Source of the DNA: Pseudomonadota bacterium
GTDB lineage: Bacteria > Desulfobacterota > Binatia > Binatales > Binataceae
Assembly (NCBI GenBank): GCA_021324755.1
Contig: JAJPIL010000006.1
Coordinates: 49,109 to 113,108 of the forward strand
Length of the DNA stretch: 64,000 bases
Reading direction: 5' to 3'
Position numbers and translations under genes: made by a program. Positions 1 to 8,808 of this stretch are shown here, piece by piece (the first letter of the stretch is position 1; every line of letters begins with the position of its first letter). Under the pieces are notes generated by a model. That model did not search any database. It worked only from the letters and a program-made list of their open reading frames with translations, and had not been told where the DNA came from.

Positions 1-69
1 GTTAAGCTAATCGCTGGCCTTTGAGCGCGTCAACCTTGTGCGCGTAGCCCGGCGATCAGTCATCAGACT

Positions 70-798
70 TTAGCGGGTTGCGAGAATCTCCGCCAGATGG
101 CGGGTTTCGATCGGTACGCGCTGGCGGTGAAGGCCTCCGCCGATGTGCATCAAACATCCTAGGTCGCACGAAGTAAGCACCTGGGCTCCGCTTGCTCTTA
201 CGCGAAAAATTTTATCCTGTAGCATCGCCGCAGAGATATGTGGAAATTTAACCGAGAATAGGCCACCGAAGCCGCAGCACTCCTCGCTTTTATCGAAAGT
301 ACACAGAGTCAAACCTTTTACCGCCTTGAGCAATGATAAAGGGGCGTCGGTGACGCGCAGTTCTCTGACTAGATGGCATGACGGATGGTAGGCGACGCGA
401 CGCTCGAAGCGGGCATCCAGGTCGGCTACATTTAGGTGTTTAACTAAGAATTCAGAAAACTCGTACACGCGGCCACGAAGACGCTCGACCCGCTCGAGCA
501 TCTGTGCGTCGTCCGCAAAAAGATCGGAGTAAAAAACGCGCACCATAGCGGTGCAGGAGCCCGAAGGTATTACGATTGGAAGGTCTGAATTTTCGACTAC
601 TCGGAGCAGCCGATGGGCGAGTTTGCGCGCTTCGCTTCGAAGACCCTCGTTGAAAGCCATCTGGCCGCAGCAAAAGGCGTCGCGGATGGGACGTACGACT
701 ACGCCTAGACGACTGATGACGGCGGTGGCCGCCTCCGCGACGTGCGGGAAGCATCCCTCGGCCAGGCATCCGGCAAATAGCTGTACTTCGGCGCTCAT
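70..798 (-). CDS. lutA: Lactate utilization protein A, (Fe-S) oxidoreductase with two cysteine-rich CCG domains
   Basis: 242 aa ORF; CCG-domain motifs FCCGQMAFNEG and ECCGFGG; adjacent to lutC and lutB on the same strand. Confidence 0.8.
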   Translation of the reverse strand: MSAEVQLFAGCLAEGCFPHVAEAATAVISRLGVVVRPIRDAFCCGQMAFNEGLRSEARKLAHRLLRVVENSDLPIVIPSGSCTAMVRVFYSDLFADDAQMLERVERLRGRVYEFSEFLVKHLNVADLDARFERRVAYHPSCHLVRELRVTDAPLSLLKAVKGLTLCTFDKSEECCGFGGLFSVKFPHISAAMLQDKIFRVRASGAQVLTSCDLGCLMHIGGGLHRQRVPIETRHLAEILATR

Positions 799-928
799 TG
801 CTCTTTGTGGTAAGTCACGGTTCCTGTTGCTATCGTCTGAAAAGCTCTTGCGTTTCCAAGTCCTGCAGCTGTGGACGGTTTGGTTTACGCCAACTCTGCC
901 TGAGGTGTGCGCTTGTCAAAGCGCGGTT

Positions 929-1624
929 TTACCCTAACGAACGGACCATCACAACGTATAATGCCTTTGGTCCATGCGCACCCAGCACAATTCTTTTTTC
1001 GATATCGGCAGTACGGCTCGGGCCGGTCACGAAGGCGACCGGGTTGGCACGCATCGCATCGGACCCCAAAACTGAAACGACCGCCGCGAGATCTGGCACT
1101 ATTCGGTCGGCTTCGAGTAAGACAATGCTCACTGGCGGCACGAGCGAGAGCGAACGCGGGCGCTCCGGCGTGGGGACGAACACGAGTGTACCGCTTGCAG
1201 CGACTGCGCAATCGGCCTCGACCAGCCCGGCGCTGCATTCGGCAAGCTTAACTCGCAGCTCTGCGCGCCGCTCCTCAGGTACCCGCGCAACGCTGAAGAC
1301 GTCGATCCCGTACTCGCGCAGCTTTTGCACTATTTGGGTCAGATCGATCCGCAGGCTTTCGCCGATCGCAACCGATCTGAGCTCGAGGCTGCGGGCAAGC
1401 TCTGCTATCGCGAAGGCTGCTTGTTCGGCGTTGGGCACATCGATAACCGAGCCTCGCAGACTTTCAAGCTCCCGAGCAAAGCGAGTCGGCAGATCGGTGT
1501 CTGTTGTGTGGGGCGAAAGGGTCGAAGGTGCTTCCTGGAGCGAGCCGTGATCATCTTCGAGCGGTCGAGGGGCTCTGTACAACGCTTGGCGCATCTCAGC
1601 CAGCGCTGTCTCGAAATCGCTCAT
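929..1624 (-). CDS. lutC: Lactate utilization protein C (LUD domain)
   Basis: 231 aa ORF with LUD-domain-like sequence; 4-nt overlap with lutB stop (ATGA); operon context. Confidence 0.7.
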   Translation of the reverse strand: MSDFETALAEMRQALYRAPRPLEDDHGSLQEAPSTLSPHTTDTDLPTRFARELESLRGSVIDVPNAEQAAFAIAELARSLELRSVAIGESLRIDLTQIVQKLREYGIDVFSVARVPEERRAELRVKLAECSAGLVEADCAVAASGTLVFVPTPERPRSLSLVPPVSIVLLEADRIVPDLAAVVSVLGSDAMRANPVAFVTGPSRTADIEKRIVLGAHGPKALYVVMVRSLG

Positions 1625-3081
1625 AGTCGCACCTCCGAATCAGCACGGTCTGTGGTTTCCTTTGCTCGGCGCTGAGAAGCGCCGTTCGGCCCGCTCCCGG
1701 GCAGCGGAAAGTCGCGGTACTTCGTCCAGGCTGTAAACGGTGGTGGTAGCCAGCGCAAGTAGCCGTCATGCGCAAGCGGACGCAGAAGCATGCCGGCCAG
1801 GCGGCTCAGCATCCTGGCAAGCTTGGGCCGCGAAAGAAGCCAGACCGCGCGGCGAGCTGAAGCCCGAATCCGAGCTGGGCCGGCGGGCCATGTAATCGGT
1901 AGCCCCTCTTCCGTTGCAAGCCAGCGAAGGTGTAGCAGGATGCGGGGAATGTTGATACTGACCGGGCAGATGTCTTTGCATGCTCCACAGAGTGTGGAAG
2001 CGAAGGCTAGGTGGGCCGTCTGGCCGTTATGAACCAAGGCCGGGCTTATAATCGAGCCGATCGGTCCCGGGTAAACCGTCCCGTAGGCGTGCCCGCCGAC
2101 GCGTCGGTAAATGGGGCAAACGTTAAGACACGCGCCGCATCGCAAACAATAGAGCGCCTCGCGCAACACGGGGTCAGCTAGCATCCGCGTTCGCCCGTTG
2201 TCCAAAAGCACCAGGTGAAGTTCGCGCGGCCCGTCAAGCTCGTACTGACGACGGGGGCCGTTTACGAAATTAACGTAGGCGGTAAGCTTCTGACCGGTGG
2301 CGGTGCGAGCCAGTACTTCAAGAAAATGGCTTAAGTCGGCAAGGCGCGGAATCACCTTTTCGATCCCGGTGACGGCAACCACTACGTCCGGCAACGTCGT
2401 CGACATCCGGCCGTTGCCTTCGTTTTCGACCAGCACGAGCGAGCCAGTTTCGGCGATCAAAAAGTTGACGCCGACGATTCCCATGTCGGCAGCAAAGAAC
2501 TTGGCGCGCAGGTGCTGGCGGGCCGTGGCGGTCAGCGCCTCAGGGTCTTCGCTGTAGGGGCTTTGTAGCTTTTCATGGAAAAGCCGCCCTATATCTTCTT
2601 TCGACAGATGGATCGCCGGCGTAATAATGTGAGAAGGTCGTTCGCCTCGCAGCTGAACGATGTACTCGCCCAGGTCGGTTTCCAATACCTCGACGCCATC
2701 TTTGAGCAGAGCATCGTTGAGCTCTATTTCCTCGGTGGCCATCGACTTGCCCTTGACGACCAGTTTTGCTTTTTTTGCGCGGGCCAACTCGACGATGTAA
2801 TTTCGTGCCTGCGCCGCATCGCGGGCAAAAAATAAACGGCCGCCTTTAGCCTCAAAGTTCCTTTTGAATTCGGCTAAAAGATCGGGCAATCGGTTGATCG
2901 CTTCAGCTTTTACGCGCCGCGCCTCGGCTTTCTCTTGGTAATATGGTGGAAAGGCCGCAGCCATCTGCGCGACGTGTTCGAGGTGGCGTCCGGTAGCGGC
3001 CTCGAGTTTACGCCGCAAAGCCTCGTCGGCCACCGTTTTTTCGCTGGCTCTGTAGAAAGCTGCCGGATTCGGTTCCATCAT
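1621..3081 (-). CDS. lutB: Lactate utilization protein B, iron-sulfur cluster-binding protein with LUD domain
   Basis: 486 aa; two ferredoxin-type motifs (CLRCGACLNVCP and CGACKDICP); LUD domain N-terminal part. Confidence 0.8.
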   Translation of the reverse strand: MMEPNPAAFYRASEKTVADEALRRKLEAATGRHLEHVAQMAAAFPPYYQEKAEARRVKAEAINRLPDLLAEFKRNFEAKGGRLFFARDAAQARNYIVELARAKKAKLVVKGKSMATEEIELNDALLKDGVEVLETDLGEYIVQLRGERPSHIITPAIHLSKEDIGRLFHEKLQSPYSEDPEALTATARQHLRAKFFAADMGIVGVNFLIAETGSLVLVENEGNGRMSTTLPDVVVAVTGIEKVIPRLADLSHFLEVLARTATGQKLTAYVNFVNGPRRQYELDGPRELHLVLLDNGRTRMLADPVLREALYCLRCGACLNVCPIYRRVGGHAYGTVYPGPIGSIISPALVHNGQTAHLAFASTLCGACKDICPVSINIPRILLHLRWLATEEGLPITWPAGPARIRASARRAVWLLSRPKLARMLSRLAGMLLRPLAHDGYLRWLPPPFTAWTKYRDFPLPGSGPNGASQRRAKETTDRADSEVRL

Positions 3082-3127
3082 TTTTTATCGTTCACCCCCC
3101 AGCGACCGCGTGACGTCACACTAACAT

Positions 3128-4267
3128 CTATATCGGGTTTGCCTGACAGCTGCCACTTTCTTCCAGAGCAAGGACTATTTCCTGTCGCACGGTTTTGTCC
3201 GGTTCTCGCGCTAGCGCTCGTATCAAAGCTTCTCTGGCTTGCGCGCCGCCGATACGGCCGAGCGCCCATGCGGCGTGGGCACGTATCAAGGCGTCTTTTT
3301 CTTGCTCAAGACAACTAGTTAGAGCAGGAATCGCGCGCGGATTTTGAGAGTTGCCCAGCGCGACGGCAACATTGCGCAGCAATCCCCTGCGCTTGGCTCG
3401 CTTGAGAGCTGTGCGCGAAAAACGCCTGCTAAACTCGCCTTCATCCAGCCTGAGCAGGTCCGGCAGGAAGGGCATCAGCTCCCAAGCCGTCTCGACAGCT
3501 CGTTTTGAAACCTTGTTCCACGGGCATACTTCCTGGCAAACGTCGCAACCGAAAATCCAGTTGCCCAATTTACTTCGTAGTTCTCGGGGGTTCGGTCCGC
3601 GCAGTTCAATCGTGAGATAAGAGATGCACAGGCGCGCGTCCATGACGTAGCCGCTTCTCAAAGCGCCGGTGGGGCAAAGGTTTAAGCAGCGCTCGCATCT
3701 GCCGCAATAATTGCGGTACGGTGGAAGGTCGTCGCCGAAATCGACGTCGGTGAAAATTTCGCCCAAAAAGAAGTAGGAGCCGTGACTACGATTGAGCAGG
3801 TTTGTGTTTTTGCCGATCCAACCAATTCCGGCCCGTAGCGCCCACTCACGCTCCAGCACTGGCCCGGTGTCGACGTACAAGCGGAACACTGCTGATGGTC
3901 GCAACCGAAGCAGTGTACCAACGACAGCACGCATTTTTTCGGCGACGTAAAGGTGGTAGTCCGGGCCCAGAGCATATGCGGCGATCCTTCCGCGCAGTTC
4001 TTGGCGCCAATCTATCGGCGGAAGGCGCGGAGGCTGGTAAGGGTAAGCAAGGCTTATTACGGAGCGAAGGCGCGGGTCCAGCAACCGAGGGTCAAGTCTG
4101 CGTTCCGGGTCGCGTGCAAGATAGGCCATCTCGCCATGGCAGCCTTGCCCAAGCCAACTCTCGTAAAATGCTCGTCGTTCAGCTAGAGCCCTTAGCGACG
4201 CGAAGCCGCAGAGTATAAAGCCTTCGGCAAAAGCGCTCGATGCTATTTCCTGCCTAAGGTCAGCCAT
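3128..4267 (-). CDS. queG: Epoxyqueuosine reductase QueG (tRNA queuosine biosynthesis)
   Basis: 379 aa; 4Fe-4S ferredoxin motifs (CGRCERCLNLCPTGAL, CQEVCPWN) followed by C-terminal HEAT-repeat-like region typical of QueG. Confidence 0.8.
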   Translation of the reverse strand: MADLRQEIASSAFAEGFILCGFASLRALAERRAFYESWLGQGCHGEMAYLARDPERRLDPRLLDPRLRSVISLAYPYQPPRLPPIDWRQELRGRIAAYALGPDYHLYVAEKMRAVVGTLLRLRPSAVFRLYVDTGPVLEREWALRAGIGWIGKNTNLLNRSHGSYFFLGEIFTDVDFGDDLPPYRNYCGRCERCLNLCPTGALRSGYVMDARLCISYLTIELRGPNPRELRSKLGNWIFGCDVCQEVCPWNKVSKRAVETAWELMPFLPDLLRLDEGEFSRRFSRTALKRAKRRGLLRNVAVALGNSQNPRAIPALTSCLEQEKDALIRAHAAWALGRIGGAQAREALIRALAREPDKTVRQEIVLALEESGSCQANPI

Positions 4268-4325
4268 TGTTGGGGAGGCTTAAATCGCCCACTCATTGCG
4301 CGCCAACTATTAGGAGCGCACTTTT

Positions 4326-4345
4326 CGCGCAACTATAGTTGCGCG
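4326..4345. promoter_or_regulatory. Perfect 20-bp palindrome CGCGCAACTATAGTTGCGCG in the queG/Fe-S-carrier divergent intergenic region; candidate operator
   Basis: Read directly from sequence; a related half-site GCGCGCCAACTAT lies about 28 bp upstream (approx 4298-4310). Confidence 0.3.
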
Positions 4346-4488
4346 GGGTCAATTAGCTGGGTCTCGACCGGCGAGAGAGCCCGCTTCAGTCAACAACATT
4401 GCCTTGACCGGTAAGAATAACGCTGACTATTCTGGAGTATAGCCGATTGATCTTTTGGCGGAACATTAGGCGGAGGCCTTAACAACGT

Positions 4489-4878
4489 ATGAATGAGCAA
4501 GTTCACGAGTCTCGTCACGCGCCCGAAACAACTTCTGGTTCCGAGAGCCCGGTGGTTAGGCTTACGCCGAAAGCTCTAGAAATGGCTAAGCGGATGCGCG
4601 AGAAAGAAGGTCGTAGTCCGCAAACCGCGCTTCGGGTGTCGGTCGTGGGAGGAGGATGTTCAGGCTTTCAGTACTCGCTGAGCTTTGATGAGCAGCGAAA
4701 TCCGACCGACACGGTCGTTCAGTACGACGGTTTGGACGTTTTGGTAGACGAGGTTTCGCTACCGTATTTGGCTGGCGTCACTCTGGACTTTGTCGAGGGC
4801 CTTTACGGTGCGGGTTTCAAATTCGACAATCCGCGGGCCAGCAGGACTTGCGGATGCGGTTCATCTTTTAGTGTATAG
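4489..4878 (+). CDS. A-type iron-sulfur cluster insertion/carrier protein (HesB/IscA/ErpA family)
   Basis: 129 aa; conserved C-terminal CGCGSSF motif and internal Cys (GGGCSGFQY) of A-type carriers. Confidence 0.8.
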   Translation: MNEQVHESRHAPETTSGSESPVVRLTPKALEMAKRMREKEGRSPQTALRVSVVGGGCSGFQYSLSFDEQRNPTDTVVQYDGLDVLVDEVSLPYLAGVTLDFVEGLYGAGFKFDNPRASRTCGCGSSFSV

Positions 4879-5300
4879 GAGTGTGAGCGGGGCGGGGCTT
4901 GGCTTATTCTCAGGCAGACTTTGACCTTTTCGATGGTTTGCGACGCCTAGCTTCAAAAAGGGTACCCGAGTAAGCCATGGCCCGCACAATGGCTCTGATT
5001 ACTGTAAATGGTCAGAGCTGGTACGGAGTAATCGGCCGCACAGCGTGTAGCAAGAAGGGTGTCCAGCTTTTGCTGGGCACGGCACAGGGTAGCGCCCTTT
5101 TAACGGACGGGCAATGTGTGTCAATAAGGGCGCTATCTCAGCATAGCCCGTTTACTCATCTAACCTTTAACTTCGCCAAGGCGTGATGCATGTTGACTCG
5201 CCACGAAATTCTGCTAACGCCTTTTGGCATTTGAGCGAAACTGTTAGTCTTAAAAGGCCTGTCGTTTGTGGCCGGCGAGGCCTGCTCGCTTTATTGAGGC

Positions 5301-5768
5301 ATGAGGAGCAATAGTTCGAGCGTGAGGCGTTATGAAACTGTTGTTGTAGTCCGCCAAGACCTTTCTGAAGGTCAAGTCAAAGACATTTTCCAGCGCTTGG
5401 AGAATGTGCTATCGGCCAACGGTGGACAAATTTTGAGCGTCGAAGATTGGGGTATCAGAGAGCTTGCCTACAAGATTCGGCATGAACAGCGTGGCCATTA
5501 CTTTCGGCTCGATTACCTTGCTCCCGGCTCGTTGATAGCCGAAATAGAGCGAATGCTCAGGCTCAACGAGGCGGTACTTCGCTATCTGTCGGTTCTGCTC
5601 GACGGAAATCCCGACGTTGAAAAGCTCAAGCAGGAGGCTCGGACGAAGGGTACCTCTGAAGTAGTCGACACTGGGGTGTCGCAAGGGGTTGCCTCAGGTG
5701 CAGTCCCGCCGACTGAGCAACAGTCGTCAGCGGAGGCTAGTGAACAAGGCGAGTTGGAACAGGGTTGA
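5301..5768 (+). CDS. rpsF: 30S ribosomal protein S6 (with acidic C-terminal tail)
   Basis: N-terminus RRYETVVVVRQDL typical of S6; followed by SSB/PriB-like gene, rpsR and rplI. Confidence 0.9.
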   Translation: MRSNSSSVRRYETVVVVRQDLSEGQVKDIFQRLENVLSANGGQILSVEDWGIRELAYKIRHEQRGHYFRLDYLAPGSLIAEIERMLRLNEAVLRYLSVLLDGNPDVEKLKQEARTKGTSEVVDTGVSQGVASGAVPPTEQQSSAEASEQGELEQG

Positions 5769-6114
5769 GCTTTTTGGCTGTGTTGTGCGCAAGACCGAGC
5801 GGCGGACGGCACCGGACGGGTCCTCGCTACTTCGGATGTGGGTGAGCTGTGGTGAGGGGAAAGATGTCTTCGAAATGGAAGTCCTCGTACTAGGCGAGAA
5901 AGGCCGAGAACTAAGTTACAAAGTCGAGGACAGCGGAAATCGGTTGAACATCATTGGCAGGCTCAGACCAATCCGGCGTGCAAGCCGATTAGGTTTGGCC
6001 GAAACAAAACTATGCGTTGTTGCTGATGAAATTTGCCCGACAGGCGATAATGTGGGCGGTCAGAGACATAACGATGTAGCTTCTGGTGATGGTTCCGCGC
6101 AGAACCAAGGTTAG
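5740..6114 (+). CDS. PriB/SSB-family single-stranded-DNA-binding OB-fold protein (primosomal PriB-like)
   Basis: Segment NRVELFGCVVRKTERRTAPDGSSLLRMWVS resembles PriB N-terminus ([21 protein letters not shown]); located between rpsF and rpsR as in many genomes; no acidic SSB tail; start uncertain (ORF track gives 5689, overlapping rpsF; a GTG at 5740 is a plausible start). Confidence 0.5.
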   Translation: MNKASWNRVELFGCVVRKTERRTAPDGSSLLRMWVSCGEGKDVFEMEVLVLGEKGRELSYKVEDSGNRLNIIGRLRPIRRASRLGLAETKLCVVADEICPTGDNVGGQRHNDVASGDGSAQNQG

Positions 6115-6173
6115 GCGTGGCGCGGACTCTTGATTATCTTGACGAGATGAGGATGGCTTGAGATTTTCGGCAT

Positions 6174-6524
6174 ATGGTGAACCCAGAAGAAAGTTCGAAC
6201 GTTGAGGAAAAAGAAACGGTCGACACCGGCAGTGGCCCGGCGCGAGAAAGCGAACGAGCGGGCGTCGAGGCTCGCCCGGGAGAGCGTTTTGGGGTGCGTC
6301 GGCGGCCTGGTTTCAGGCGTAAGGTTTGCCGATTTTGCGCAGATAAGTCGCTTCGTGTCGACTACAAGGACGTGCGAACATTGGAGAATTTTATTACCGA
6401 AGGAGCTAAGATTGTTCCCAGCCGCACCTCCGGCAATTGCGCAAAGCATCAACGTCAACTTGCTCGGGCTATCAAACGGGCGCGAATTCTTGCGCTCCTG
6501 CCCTTCACCAGGCTTGGCATCTAA
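6174..6524 (+). CDS. rpsR: 30S ribosomal protein S18
   Basis: KVCRFC...YKDV...[10 protein letters not shown]...[19 protein letters not shown] is the S18 signature; N-terminal extension suggests true start may be downstream. Confidence 0.85.
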   Translation: MVNPEESSNVEEKETVDTGSGPARESERAGVEARPGERFGVRRRPGFRRKVCRFCADKSLRVDYKDVRTLENFITEGAKIVPSRTSGNCAKHQRQLARAIKRARILALLPFTRLGI

Positions 6525-6620
6525 GCCGAAGTTTTATTGCGAGTTAGGATGCGGGCGCTTTAAGTGAGCTTTTCGATGACCTGAACGGAGGCTCAACAAG
6601 TCGCGAGGCAGGGTGGTGCG

Positions 6621-7064
6621 ATGGAAGTGATACTGCGAGAAGATGTGCCCAAGCTTGGGCGTCCTGGCGACGTAGTCAAGGTAAAGGATGGCTACGCGCG
6701 TAACTTTTTACTTCCGCGGGGACTTGCGGTAGAGGCAAATCAGCGAAACTTGCGCGCTTTCGAACATGAGCGACGGCTAGCCTTGCGTCGTCGCGAGGCC
6801 AAAAAGCAACTGGCACTCAGGTATAAGGAGCAGATCGAATCTTCTCCGCTGGTTATAAAAGCGCGCGCTGGCGAGGAAGGCAAGCTTTTTGGCTCGGTAA
6901 CGAATATCGACATCGAACGAGCCCTTCGCGAGCGAGGCATCGAAGTTGATCGACGGAAGATAATACTGCCAGAGCCGATTAAACAGCTCGGAGAGGCTGT
7001 GGTGCCGGTTAGATTGGATCCCGAAGTTGAGGCTACCCTGAAGCTGGAGGTCGTCCCGGCATGA
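6621..7064 (+). CDS. rplI: 50S ribosomal protein L9
   Basis: MEVILREDVPKLGRPGDVVKVKDGYARNFLLPRGLAV is the canonical L9 N-terminus. Confidence 0.9.
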   Translation: MEVILREDVPKLGRPGDVVKVKDGYARNFLLPRGLAVEANQRNLRAFEHERRLALRRREAKKQLALRYKEQIESSPLVIKARAGEEGKLFGSVTNIDIERALRERGIEVDRRKIILPEPIKQLGEAVVPVRLDPEVEATLKLEVVPA

Positions 7065-7077
7065 GGGACCTTTCAAA

Positions 7078-7725
7078 ATGATTAAACTGTACGATTCCGT
7101 CAATTGCCCATACGGTCAAAAGGTCAGAATCGCGCTGGCCGAAAAGGGCTTGAGCTATGATCTGATTTTAGTAGACATCGCGGCTGGAGAGACCCGGCGG
7201 CCTGAATTCTTACGCCTAAACCCTTACGGACGGGTGCCGGTGTTGATCGACGAAGATGCGGTGATCTACGACTCTACGATTATCAACGAGTACCTTGATG
7301 ACGAGTATCCGAGTCCGCCACTGTTGCCGAAGGTGGAGCTAAGCGCGAAGCGGGCGGTGGCGCGCATGTTCGAGGACCTCGCCGACACCTCGTTTACGCC
7401 TCAAGTAGACCAGTTAATTGCCGAGATGGGAAAGCCCGAAAATGAGCGCGACGCCAACCGAGTGCAACGCCTGCGGCAGGCTGCCGAACGCGTGTTAGAT
7501 TACCTGAATCGCCAACTGCACGGACGAGATTTTCTAGCGGACGAGTTTTCAGTGGCTGACATCTCCTTTATTCCTCGGCTGTTGGTGCTCGAGTCACTCG
7601 ACATAGATATCGGCGCAAATCGCCCCAATGTCGAGGCCTGGGCAAAACGAGTGTTCGAGCGGCCCAGCGTACGTGCGCTTCGGGATAACGTAGCTCAGGA
7701 GTCGACGCAAGCCCAGAGCAGCTGA
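7078..7725 (+). CDS. Glutathione S-transferase family protein
   Basis: 215 aa; thioredoxin-like N-domain (LYDSVNCPYGQKVRIAL, RVPVLIDED) plus GST C-terminal domain. Confidence 0.8.
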   Translation: MIKLYDSVNCPYGQKVRIALAEKGLSYDLILVDIAAGETRRPEFLRLNPYGRVPVLIDEDAVIYDSTIINEYLDDEYPSPPLLPKVELSAKRAVARMFEDLADTSFTPQVDQLIAEMGKPENERDANRVQRLRQAAERVLDYLNRQLHGRDFLADEFSVADISFIPRLLVLESLDIDIGANRPNVEAWAKRVFERPSVRALRDNVAQESTQAQSS

Positions 7726-7843
7726 ATCTTAATTGCAAAAGGACTACTCGACCTGAAGGCGGCTAAGTTAGCTTTCGCGCATCGATGTAAGCGCCGCCGG
7801 TGCAGTCGGCTTGCGTCCTGTATAGGCTCGCGAGCCCGGACTT

Positions 7844-8125
7844 CTAAGAGCTGGGGTAAAAATTTAGCTCATCGTCAGAGGGAGCGAAATCGGTTGCAGG
7901 GCCTCTGAAAACAAGCTTGGCGGAAAAATATTTGTCTCGAATTTTGCCCTGTGGCTTTAGCGACCCGCCTCCCCGCCCGCATCGCGGGCACGCTATCGTT
8001 TGGCCCAGCACTCGGGAGTTTTCCGGACCAATGTGTAGTTCGAACGTATGGTTGCATCCAGGATTATCGCAGACCACTCGATAAACCACGCCAACTTTGG
8101 TGTTAGCTTCATTGGAAGATAGCAT
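7844..8125 (-). CDS. Hypothetical small zinc-ribbon protein (CxxxxC ... CPRC)
   Basis: 93 aa ORF with GAGGGG ribosome-binding site about 10 nt upstream of ATG; four-Cys arrangement (CDNPGC ... CPRCG); no family recognised. Confidence 0.4.
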   Translation of the reverse strand: MLSSNEANTKVGVVYRVVCDNPGCNHTFELHIGPENSRVLGQTIACPRCGRGGGSLKPQGKIRDKYFSAKLVFRGPATDFAPSDDELNFYPSS

Positions 8126-8808
8126 GAATTATTGTCCCCTCGTGTCTTTTCATTGTCTTGAATGTTTGACTTCGCTTATCCGCAAATTCTTCAGTCGCGG
8201 TGCGCACTGCAAGTGCTGTCAAGTAACGTGATTAGAGCACGGGCAAATTCGGTGCCAACCGGAAGTTAGAAAGCAGAGTTTCACTTCCTTCCTGCCACAG
8301 TCGACAAACTCCCGCTTTAAAATAGTGCGCGACCTGATGTCTGTATCTGCGCCGGTAGCACCGTAGGTAACAATCGCCGATCCTTGTGCGACGTTTGGGT
8401 GAAGCAAACGCGCAAAAAGCCGGACTTACAAGCCAGAAAAGGGAAAAGTACCGAAAATCGTTGAGGTTAGGCGAGCTTGTGGTGCTTTATAACGCCTTAC
8501 GGCGAATATTTGGCGATACGATTGAAACCGAACTTAAAAAGGTTTGAACCTGCACCACTTTAAGCCCGGCATAGGAGCTTGCGATTTCAAAAGCTCTTGC
8601 GGCCCTTGCGCCGAAGTACCAAACTAAAGCAGCGTTTGGCCTTAAGTTTGATAGAGGCAAGAAAGAGGTATCGTTCTGGGACAATTATTTAGAGCCTGTC
8701 TAGAAAGTTCATCAAAAAGTGGCGGAGCTGAACGGCCGTTCTGCGAGTTGACGAGTCTAGTTTAACGCTCGCAGAGTTGCTTCAAGGGGAAGCCCGCTCG
8801 GGACGAGG

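Noticed and set aside
452-1550. Multiple 100-250 aa ORFs antisense or out of frame to lutA/lutC (e.g. 452-769 minus, 798-1550 plus, 885-1238 minus)
   Set aside because: Arg/Ala/Pro/Ser-rich low-complexity translations typical of spurious ORFs in high-GC DNA; they overlap well-supported genes.
4977-5186. 69-aa ORF in the Fe-S-carrier/rpsF intergenic region
   Set aside because: No ribosome-binding site, no recognisable motif, and it overlaps a strong inverted repeat; more likely part of a structured leader RNA.
8540-8560. tRNA/tmRNA-like T-arm/acceptor fragment (GGTTTGAACCTGCACCAC)
   Set aside because: Does not match the GGTTCGAATCC T-loop consensus and no cloverleaf or CCA context could be built around it; no other tRNA hallmarks in the window.
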